DNA of 64,000 bases. Source: Eledone cirrhosa. Its lineage: Eukaryota. Location: contig OZ024747.1 in assembly GCA_964016885.1 (NCBI GenBank), forward strand, positions 87,544,001 to 87,608,000, given 5' to 3'. Below the pieces are notes generated by a model that searched no databases, was not told the DNA's origin, and worked only from the letters and a program-made list of their open reading frames with translations. Shown piece by piece: positions 50,501 to 62,500 of this stretch. The translations under genes and the position numbers were made by a program. The number at the start of each line of letters is the position of its first letter. Position 1 is the stretch's first letter.

Positions 50501-51380
50501 TCTGATAGAAGCATCAAAGGAAGAGCAAGGTTGAGGAAACAATTACGATATTTCTCCAGAGGAGTTTTATTCACTACTTTAAGAAGTTCCACAGCCACCT
50601 GGAATGACACACAATAGAAGTACATCATCAAGGCATTTTTATCTTATAATAGTTAATAAATATTGATTCTTGATTCTGTCATGTTTTCTAATAAAACATG
50701 AAATAAGGAAGTTAGTGTTTGAGATCAGCTGAAGATAATTTATATACTGACCAGTCCTGAGATGGTAGCTGTGGTTGTAGCTATAGCAGGGACAATGTGA
50801 CCTGCAATGCGCTTCACCTTCAAACGGTCAGCATTTTCTATGTTGTACATGGCTGCTCGTAGATTCTGAAACATGTAGAACATCAAAGGAATATACAGTG
50901 TTAACATCAAACATTGTTTTGTAAAACAGTAGAATCTGGCAAAAAGTAATACAAATGATTATTTTTTACACATTTTAGGTATCTATAAAAAGTCTCTATT
51001 CATGAGGATCATACTGTAGAGCACCCATTGCTCTTAACAGTGCCACCAGATCTTTTTCCCTGTTCTGATAAAAAGTTACATTTGTTTCTTTCTGCAGCAT
51101 ATTCTTCTCTTTAAGTCTAAAAGCTAACAGTTCTGATAACTCTTTTGACAGACCTAAGTCTCTAACTAAATCATTCAGTTCTGCCTAGTTGAATTTTTCA
51201 CATTCCTAGGTTGCTGTATCGACAAATGAACTATTGATATATCATACTTTGAAATAACTGCCATCATGTAGTAATATATTAAGTTGATATACTCACTGAA
51301 GCTGTAGTGATGAAATCTATGTGGCTATTGGTGTCATCATCTTTTTCAAATTCTATCACAGTCAAATGTTTGTTAGCTAC

Positions 51381-51411
<31 letters not shown>

Positions 51412-51681
51412 AAAGGAAATCAGAAACGATAAAAATAACAAAACAAATGGCACAGTACATGGAAGAAATACATTAGTTTAACGCTTGAAATAGCAGGAAG
51501 ATAGTCTTAACATTTTGGACACTAGTCATTCATCAGAAGATAGAGTTAGAAATAGAAGATAAATAGAAAGTAAAGAGTGATGAGAGGAAGTAACAGGGAA
51601 AATGAAAAAAAAATTGTGGAAAAAAGAAACATACATGCATATAACAGTCAGCTATTTTAGAAACTGGTTTGTGTGTGTGTG

Positions 51682-51713
<32 letters not shown>

Positions 51714-54700
51714 TATACTTTGAGAGGGTCATGCTGCCAATAAAAACACTTCAATTTATTATCATAATTTCCTAGTCGGTTAGTTTAATAACCAGATGGT
51801 TGATTAGTTGTTGATTGTCATCAAAGCTCTTCCATCACACATTCTGTGGCCTCCTCAGTGACTACTATTGTTACTTTTTGTCGCTCCTTTGTTCTGTTGT
51901 ACGCCATTTTGTTTTGTGAGCTTTACACTTGGGTGCGCATGCAAGATGGTGTAGGACAGAACAAAGGCAATATACAAAATAACAACAAAAGTAGTCACTG
52001 AGGATGTCACAGAATGTGTGACAAAAGAGCTTTTATGACATCAACAACTAAATCATTTTGAAAATAATCAAGAACTTGGAGAGATTTAGTAATCTAACTT
52101 TCTCAATAATTTGGCTGATGGTTGGGACATAACTTAACAAAGGTTCCTGTTTAAAATTATGATGAAAGATATTGAAATAAATTTAGACATTTTGTAATTT
52201 GGGCAGTTTGGTATCAAAAGGGTTAAACTGCAAATTTTACATGAAGTTTAACTTACAAATTATTTGGGTCATAAATTCATTTGCTAAATGTTGTTCATCA
52301 GAAGTTTGCTGCATCTCATCAACATCCTCCTTCTTCACTGTTTCATCAGTTTCAATTTGCTTTGAAAGAAAAAAAAAAATAAATAGCAATTTCTGGTAAG
52401 AGTGTGTGGTTGGAGAGAAGTGGTAGAGAGAAAGAAAATGAGAACAAGAGGGTGAGTGTTGCATGGCAGGAAGGAAAATCAGTGCTGCGAAAACTGAGAT
52501 ACTCGTCCTTTCAAGGAAGCCTGTACAGTGCACTCTACATGTGAACGGAGTTCCACTGAAGCAGATGAGAGGTTCAAATATCTCAGGGCCGTGCTCATAA
52601 GTGATGGAAGGCAGAAGGCAGGATTAAGTGCAAGAATTGCAGGAGCTGGTGCAGTAATACACCAGCTTCAGCATTCGATAATCAGAAAAAGGGAGGTAGG
52701 TGGAAAAGCTAAACTTGCTATCTTCAATTTGGTATTTGTGTCAACCATTACCTAGGGTCATGAATCTTGGGTAATGAATGAAAGAATACAATTGCAAATA
52801 AAAGCGGTCGAAATGGGTTCCTGCTAAGTGTCTTTGGAGTAACATTACTCCATAGAGTGTAGCTTGGAGATCACAGAGTCACTCCAGGTAGAGCTGCTAC
52901 ATCTCCCATCTCCAAATTGAGACATCACAGCTCCGATACTATGGGTAGGTGGTTAGAATGTCACAGGAAAGAATTGTTGGACAGATTTTATGAGCAAAAG
53001 CAACTGGCAAGTAGAACCCGAATAAGCTGGTGGCATAACATCCATAAGCTTGGCTCACTTCAGAAAGAAGCTTCCTCACGAGGTGGAGAGAATATTTTGC
53101 TGATTTCATAAACCCGATCACAATACCTTTTGATGTACATGGAGGCTGAGGTCACAAGAGCAATTAAAGAGCTCAAACGTGACAAGGCCATTAGCAAGGA
53201 TGAAATTCAACCCAAGATGTTAAAGGAGTATGTGATCGATGGTCAGCATCTTGTTGCCTGACTGATGTCTCTATATGAACGCTTGAATATTCATATTTGG
53301 ATAAATGGTGCTAAATCGAAACCATTCAATGTGGGAATTGGACTCCACTAAGGGTGCATACTGTCACCTCTCTTGTTCATTATTTTCATGAACATGATTG
53401 TCATGCACAGTTGAGTTGGAAGAAGTATCGTGACGGTGTAGGATCAGTCGGCTGGAATTTGCAGACAACAACATGGTATTATTTAACTTGCCAGACAGTG
53501 ATCTCCGATATGCATGTGATAGGTTTTAAAGGGAGGAGATAAGTTTGATGTTATTGTTGGACAATATACTTATTGATATAAATAAATGAGATGGAAAGCA
53601 GAATCAAAGTGAATAATAGACTTACTTTATGTGACACTCTAAATTCTGGAATTTCAACATTTTCAAGCTGTTCCATTATAGATTCTGTAGTTAGATCCTG
53701 GAAAAGAAATAATCATTGTGTTGAATCAGTGCCTTATGAGATCTTATTGAGGACCAGACTAATACCTAAATCAGCCCTTATAAGATTTGTTACTCAGGAA
53801 CAGGGAATCATGAGTCCTGATATTAACCTTTTAGCATTCACATTCTCTATATTTATGATTGTATTTTCACAGAAATGGCTTTATCTCACATAATATCAAA
53901 TCTATGAGATTTTGGGAACAATACGTTAACGTCAGTATGAGTATCCAGTTACGACCGGTTTGAACAAAAAGAAGTGAGAGAATTCTGGCTGGATATGACT
54001 GGTTTATATGCTAAAGGGTTAATAGGAGGAAGGATTGAGGCAAAGTTGTTAGTCTGAGGCTTGGGTGAAGTGTTTAGTGTTGGAAATTGGCATGGGAATA
54101 TAATATAGGTGGAGTAGAGACAAGTGCTTGGGTGGTTGTGGCACAGATACCACTATACTACTAGTGGAAAAGGGCAGAGAGAGGTGACAATATATCTGTG
54201 GACCAGACATTGGAGTGTGTTGCTGAATAACTTCATGCCATTATGGAAGGATACTGTTAAGACGTGTATGTATAGCAACAGTACACCCAAGAGGTAGGCA
54301 CAGTACTCTATAGTGGCTATCACTAGAGCTTCATGAAGGGTTAGTATTTTTTTTTTTTTTTTTTCAAGCCTAAAAGATTTTCTGGCCATGAAGTAGCTTA
54401 ATCTTTGTGATAGTATGGAAAATGGACATTAAATGAGGATGATATATATATATATTATTCATTATATTTCTTTACATTTTGAGTTCAAGTCTTGTCACAG
54501 ATAACTTTTCATTTCATATCTCTGATACTATCTACCAGTTGTAATTCTAGACCAAGTGTCACTGCTTTTCAGGTGATAGGAAGCAGGATTTTAACTCAGA
54601 ACACATGAAGCTGGAACAGATACCAGAAAACATCCCAACCAACTCTTTAATAATCCTGCCAATCCACCCATGGACTGGTACTTTGTTTATTAACCCCAGC

Positions 54701-57700
54701 AGGATAAAAGACTAACTTGACCCCAGTGGAATGTAAACACAGAGTGCAGAGAGCTGGAAAAAATAATGAAGCATTTAAAAATCTGACACTCTAACAACTC
54801 TGCTAATTTGCCGTCTGTATGTCTAAAAACAGAATTTAATAGAAACAAACCTCATCCTTCCATGGAACTCCATGAATATCTGCATACAGCCTGCTGGTGC
54901 TCTGGATGAACATCATATGGCTATTGAAAGAAAGGAAAGCTAGATGTAAGAAATATAAAAATAATTTGGCATATATTCAAAATAAAATACACCCAGTACA
55001 CTTTGTAAAATGGTAGGGCTGGTGACATGACAAAATGCAACCTGTACACCCTGCAAAGTGGTCAATGAACAAACCATGACAATGTAGGGTAGAGAGGCTC
55101 CTTTAGTACTGTCGATGACATGACAACCTCTCTAGTACATGATAAAATGAACCTAGTAAACTCTGTGAAGAGGTGGTTTTGGTGCCACGATAAGATGTGC
55201 CCAGTACACTCTGTAAAGTGGTTGTCATTAAAAAATGGCAAGTAGCCATTTATTTCATACCAAAGTATAGAACATGTGAGCAAGACATGTTTTTCTGACC
55301 CATCTAGTCATATCCTATGATAACATCTAATCCATGTATAGAAAAAAGATGTTAAATGATGACATTTACACATTTACAGAATTACTGGGGACAACTTAAT
55401 AGTAAAGTGGGCACCAGCATGGTTAATACAGTAAGCCAAGAAATTTTACATTAATGTTTGTCTACCATCCTCCCTCACATCAAGCTGGTCATGCTCCTCT
55501 TCTATTGATGAGGTTATTAAAACTCTGGTACTGTGGCCCACAATGCAGAGGAAAGGAAGACAAATACCGGGGATTGTCCAGCCACTTCCTCTTCGCACTG
55601 GTCCCCGTTGAGACCTCAGGCATACTTGAACCCCATACTGCCGAGATCCTTTGCAAGATCAGAATGTTAGTAGCCCATCTCAGGAAGGAGCCTCACGAGG
55701 TGGGGTGGCTGTTGCATCAGGTGTCGCTGTCCATTGTCCACGGAGTGCAGCCCCAACACCACTGCACCCTAGGCCTAGAGCCGATCACTCTTCCTCTTTC
55801 CATTCTTCTGTGACCCTAGAGCCGTTGCCTTTCCCTACCTTTTCCGTTTTCATAATCACAAAAGACACTTAGAAAAATATAATGATAATTTTTAACATAG
55901 ACACAAGGCTCGAGATTTTGGAGAAAGGGTTAGTTAAATCATCCCCAGTACTTGACTGATATTATATTTCATTGATTTAAAAGGGTCTTACATAAAAAAC
56001 ATGATGGAATATAAATATTTTAAAACAAACAATTTTTGTATTGTCAAACCAGAGGTGGTATGGGATCAAAAGGCTTAAGCAAGCATAAACAAAGCAAGCT
56101 TGAAAAAACAAAAACAAAGTGCTTTTACAACTGCCAAAAAGTTGTCATGCCGAAGTTAGACAAGCAGGTCAGATAACTGTTTCTTGATCAAAATGGAACA
56201 TATGAGTAAGACATAGTCAACTGACCAGCCTGTCTAGCTTCAGCAAGACAACCAATCTAACTCATACAAGTGTGGAAAATAGATGTAAAACAAGGATGAT
56301 GATGAATGTAAATGGGACTTAAAATCAGGTTTGGATATTTTTTTGTTCCAACTTATTTAAAAGATGGAAAAACTGTAAAATAGGATGAAATCTTACGTTG
56401 AATTATAGCTATCAAACATCAATGGTTGTGGTGGTCTCTTAGGAGATTGCCAGAACATACCTGTAAAGAAACAGTTGTATATGTGAAATCTTTTATTATA
56501 TATGAGTCAACGATAACTATTTCTACTCTCTACTTGAAAAATATAGGGAAGGAAATTAGCCAACTGTCAGATCAGACCAAGGAAACAATGTTTATGTCGG
56601 TCTTTCCATTGCTGATACTATCTATTTGTTGGAACTCCTGGCAGAAGAGTGGCAAAGGAATGTCACAGGTCTTTCTGTTTCTCACTGTTGATAAGACTAA
56701 AGAATAATATATCAGAGCTGTTGAATCTATATTGTTCATCAATCAGTACTCTTCTTCTATAAAATGACACAAACTGAACTAACTAAAGATACTCAAAGTG
56801 TGGATATATCTGAAATATGATGACATAAAGTGTAGAAATATGAATCACTATATCACTATGGTATAACTCACATTTTTGGCACACAAAAAAAATACAGAAA
56901 TGTGTGATTGGGCATCATGTGATATCATAAAGTTCCTTTCCATGGTGCAAACCTAGGCAAAGTGTTTTATGAAAGATCAGCAGTCACTCATTTATCAGGT
57001 TTTCACTTTCCATGCCACTGATGTTCTAGAGAAAGGTGAATACCAATACAGCTTGGCAGCAGTGATGCCATAGGAAAACTAGAGCAACAGGAAATAAGTG
57101 CATTACTTAACGACATAATAGACCACTTTGTTTGGGAATCAAAACGACAATTTTATGATCACAAGCCTAACATTCTAACAGCTAATCCATGTGCTACATA
57201 AAGTGTACAAACCTAATACTTAACATGAGATTGATAATCAGTATCTCATAAAAGGTACTCACCTCCATCTGATAATTTAGTGTCCAAAGGAAAGGCATGA
57301 AGTAATTGTCTAGCCTGAAAGGAAATATATTTATTGAAGATGAACAAACAAGTTTGTTAAAGAAGTGTATTTACATTTTGTTAGCTAGGAAACTAAAATC
57401 TGTTTAAGGCTATCATTCATCCAAAAGGTGTATTTATTATAGCTTACCATAGAAAAACAAAAAAAATCCAATTGGGTTCAGTTATCTTCTCCAGAACTTC
57501 AGAGAGTACACCAATGACAACAACAAATGAGCCTGATAACTGATGCCAAATATATATATGAACCTGATAACTGATGCAAAATATATATATGAACCTGATA
57601 ACTGATGCCAAATATATATATGAACCTGATAACTGATGCAAAATATATATATGAACCTGATAACTGATGCAAAATATATATATGAGCCTGATAACTGATG

Positions 57701-59554
57701 CAAAATATATATATGAACCTGATAACTGATGCAAAATATATATATGAGCCTGACAGACATAATTGTTTCTACATTTGGCATAAAGTCAGTAATTTGGGGG
57801 AGGGGAAAGTTGATTAAATGGACCTTAGTGCATTACTGATACTTTATTTTATCGACTCCATAAAGATGAAAAGCAAAGCAAACCTCAGCAGGTTTGAACT
57901 CAGATGTAAAGGGCCATAACTCTATGCTGCAAAGCATGGTGTCTGATGCTCTATCGATACTACCAATCCATTGCCCTTGCTTAACTTCGGTGATAGATGA
58001 GAACCAGTGTTTTCAGCATGATATGGTCGTAAACACGCAGACATAATGCGTAAACTGACTGACATAATGAAGGAATGCAGTAGGTGGAGAGAAGCTTGGC
58101 TAGAAAAGACCCGTTCAACCCATGCAAGCATGGAAAAGCAAACGTAAAATGATGATGGACGGAATATTTATTATTGCCCTTCAGGCTATAACAGAGGAGT
58201 TTAAGACCGGTTGCCCATGGGAACTCCTATACGCAGATGACCTAACACTCATAGCTGAATCAATGGCCGAGCTAGAGAAGAAATTCCAAACATGGAAGCA
58301 CGGCCTAGAATCAAAAAGCCTTAAAATTAACCTGGCTAAGACTAAAGTTCTAGTTTGTAAGAAAGAAAATAAGGCGGCGGTCCCTTCCGGGAAGTGGCCA
58401 TGCTCAGTGTGTAGGAAAGGCGTAGGTAGAAACTCCATTTTGTGTCAGAAATGCAAAGTATGGGTGCATAAAAGATGTAGTGGGATCACAGGTAAGCTAA
58501 CTAAGAACATAGATTTCACATGTGGCCAGTGCTCTGGTGCAATAAGTAGCAGCAAGTGCCCACAAAATACTAGCTCTTTCAACTGCGCAGAGGGTTCTAT
58601 AGAAATAGTGGACAGCTTCCGTTACCTGGGTGACAAAATCAGCAGTGGGGGAGGGTGCTCTGAAAGTACAGTAGCTAGAGTCAGAACTGGATGGAAAAAG
58701 TTCAGAGAGCTTATACCACTATTAGCCGCTAAAGGGTTCTCCCTAAAAATGAAAGGCAGGTTGTACGATGCCTGCATACGAACAGCAATGTTGCATGGCA
58801 GTGAGACCTGGGCATTGTGTGCAGAGGATATACGCAGACTAGAGAGAAACGAAGCTTGCATGCTCCGCTGGATGTGTAATAGTAATATATGTGAACGGCA
58901 AAGCATAAACGAACTAAGGAAAAAATTAGAAAAAAGAGGGATCAGATGTTGTTTACTCGAGAGAAGACTACGTTGGTATGGTCACGTGATGCGCATGAAG
59001 GACGATAGCTGTATAACAACGTGCAGGGCAATAAAGATAGACGGTAGCCACGGAATAGGCAGACCCAGAAAAACCTGGGACGAGCTGATAAATTCCGACC
59101 TCACACACTTACACCTCACCAAGACAATGTCACTGGACCGAGACCTTTGGCGGTACTCAGTAATAGAGAAGACCCGCCTTACCTAAATACAAAGCAAAAC
59201 CTACTACATTCAGTAGGCATCTCTAACAAAATACACCCCCGTCCCACCACCCCCACCCCATCCACACCGCCCCTTTCAATGTAAAGTTATGTTGGTGCCA
59301 CAACATCCAGGCCGAAACAAATGAGATCGTGTAGGTGTCACGTAAAAAAAAAACACAGTTCACGCTGTAATGTGGCCGTGTAGGCAACACGGTAAAAACC
59401 TCCCAGCCCCACACTGTAAATGTGGTTGGTGTTAGGAAGGGCATCCAGCTGTAGAAAACCCGCCAGATAGTCCTATGCGAGCAAGATAATCACTCTTGCC
59501 TCAAGTGGGAAAACCCCCGTCCAAACCCATGCAAGCGTGGAACACGGACGTTAA

Positions 59555-59588
<34 letters not shown>

Positions 59589-62500
59589 CGATGAACCTTT
59601 GTAAGTTTAGACATAACAGATTTTCAAGGTTTCATTAATTTCAAATTTAGCTTACCTTGTGGTTGAAATATTTTTGAAACTTGCACCTTGCAAAATAGAT
59701 ACATTGCTGCATATTCTGTGGTGCATTGCGTAGCACTCGAGACACTGAATATGCACCCTCAACCTGGTCTTGTCTCATTAGTTTCTGAAAACAAGAAAAA
59801 ATAATTACAATATAGTATCTTTTCTGTGACTAAAAAGTCACAAACTTACTTCCTCTTTCACCCATGTTCCTAGATCTACCTCCCCAATTCCCACCAAATC
59901 CTCAGCCCACACTGTAAAGTAGTCGTTTTGGTGCCATGACAAAAAGCACCCAGCCTACACTGTAAAGTGGTCATGTAGGTGTCATGACAAAAACACCCAG
60001 CCCACACTCTAAAGTGGTTGTGTTAGTGACATAACAAAATGTGCCCAGCCCACACTTTCTTCCCAGCGATATAAACAGTCTAAAAACATCCAATAAATAA
60101 AATGAAATTAAAAAAAATTGTGCGCTTGAAATTTACCTCAGCTACTGACCGACTGCTTTCATTCCTAGACCAAAATTTATTAACTAGGTATGGTTTTTGG
60201 TTGAAAGAACTTTCAAACTGAAAGAAACACATGGAAAAAGATTGAAATGAATCAGTACATATAAAAATAGAAAAAATACGTACAGATTAACATTAAAATT
60301 ATATCAGGGGAAATTCATTCAATTTAACCCTTTAGCATTTACATTACTCAATATTTACTATTGTATTTTCATGGTAAACACTTTATCTCATATAATATTG
60401 AATCTATGAGATTTTAATATTATTTATATGGAAAACAATACCTTAATGTTAGTATGAGCAGCCAGTTACAGTCTGTTTGAACAGAAAGAGGTAAAAGAAA
60501 TCTGGCTGGATATGGTTGGTTTAAATGCTAAAGGGTTAAATAATAGGATGTTTGAGATGATTCCCAGTTTATTGTACTTGAACAAAACAATTTATTTCTT
60601 GTTACTCTAGTCCACATAGCTGCGAAAACTGGGTTGCAATGACACTGATAGTAAATAAAATACTTGATAAATAAAAGAAATATAATTTAACTTCAAACTG
60701 AAGTAAAACATACCTTGTCTCTAGCCCATTGTATACAATGTTCAATATTTGCTGGGAATGACTTCAGGGTACAATAAGGTATTTCTTCATCGAGGGGATC
60801 ATTCTAAAGCAAATAGTAAAACAAATATGCATGAAAATAATATGAGAAGTGATTGAGAAAGTCAACATTAAACCACAATAGAACAATAATTTATTATATG
60901 TACTCAATACCTGAGTGGTCCAGATTAGGAAATGTGACTGTAAAAACATTTGTGCTAGGAAAAAAAAAAAACTGCGTTTTGTTTTCCTTTATGTTCATAT
61001 CTAAATTGCAGTAAAACCATATTTGTATTAGTCACATCAAATGGATTGTGTGACAGAGCAAGCAACAATGATGCTTTAATTATTTATTGGGTGTGGTAAA
61101 TAACTATACACATATATACCAGGTCTGAACACAAAGGAACCAAACTCCCATTGTCAGTGCCTCCGTCTCTCTCGCTATCTCTCACTATTAGGAGCAAATG
61201 GGGGTCCACGTGCTGGCCACTCCACAGTCCTGGGTGGGCACAGTACTAAGGAGGAGTTTGTCATGTATTTATATGTATATATACCATTCTTTCCCAGCGT
61301 GGGATAAAGCAAGAATGAGGAAGATAGCAGTGAAGAAACAAGGAGGTGTAATAGCATTTAAGTTCTTACCTGCCAGTATGTTTTCTTTGCTAACTCAATT
61401 GCCCTATCTACCTTCCTCCACATTAAACCCAGTCCCTCACTATGTACCCCACCTTAGTCTTCCTCTACTCACATCCTTCATCCTCCCCTTCCTAATCCAA
61501 CACATGCCACTTTTAACTCTATTGCAGTGGGAAAATGTGATCAGTGAGGCCCCGGCAAAAGAATGGTACATGATGAACATGATGATGATGAAGAACAAGT
61601 ATAAGTGTGACTGAATGGATTTTGAGTGAAGAGTTAAGAGTTTGTATTGCTACTAGCCTGAGCTGGTTCTTTGATAAGGTATTAAGTTCTCCATCTCATT
61701 TAGCAGGGAGAAGGACAAGACTCAGTTGTGATAGTGTCTTAAACTAATTGGAAATACTACTTGTTTTACTTTATGGAGCAAAGATCAAATCTATTTCAAG
61801 AAGAATGAATGAGATTTACTTGACTTTACACCTTTCTACATCTTGAAGACTCTTTGAAGTTTATAAATAAATCGAAGTTAGGGTGAAATTAATGAACAAT
61901 ATTGATTGTCAGGACTTACCTGGTTACTGTAGGATTCAGTAAGGTGGGGAATAATAGTTTGTACATGTCCTTTTGTGCCCATTGTACCAGATTCAAGGAG
62001 GGCGCGCTGGTTTGAGACACATCGACTAGTGGAAAAAGAGAAAAATCAAAGTAAGAAAAATATCATTAGATTTACAAACACACAACACTTACATACACAT
62101 ACCACACACTTATATACACACATGACACACACACATATACACAATAGACCATATACCACACACACACACATATACACAATAGATCATATACCACACCCAA
62201 ACACACATATATACATATAAACCATACACCACACATACTATTTCATCTCCTGGTTTAAGATTGTATAAAAGCAGGCAATGATCCACTAACAAGCCAATAC
62301 AAATAACCAAAAATATATCAATGGTATTCTTCTTACATACTTCCACTTGTAGTTATCTCCTAATTGTCTAAATATACAGAATTAAGCTGAATACTCAAGA
62401 TGATGGTAGATCCATAGATGCCACACTACACTCAATATAATAAATATATAGATTGAAGTAGAAGAATTAGCTAAGTCATTTTAGCATTGGATTAAAATAT

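Noticed and set aside
57448-57532. Poison exon in UBA6 using a minisatellite-derived acceptor
   Set aside because: Good donor (gtaagc) but the acceptor lacks a polypyrimidine tract; unsupported without RNA data
59895-60060. Novel ~46-bp tandem repeat (also ~54990-55230)
   Set aside because: Units resemble the RTE LINE 3' UTR motif cccacactgtaaa.tgg seen near 59400
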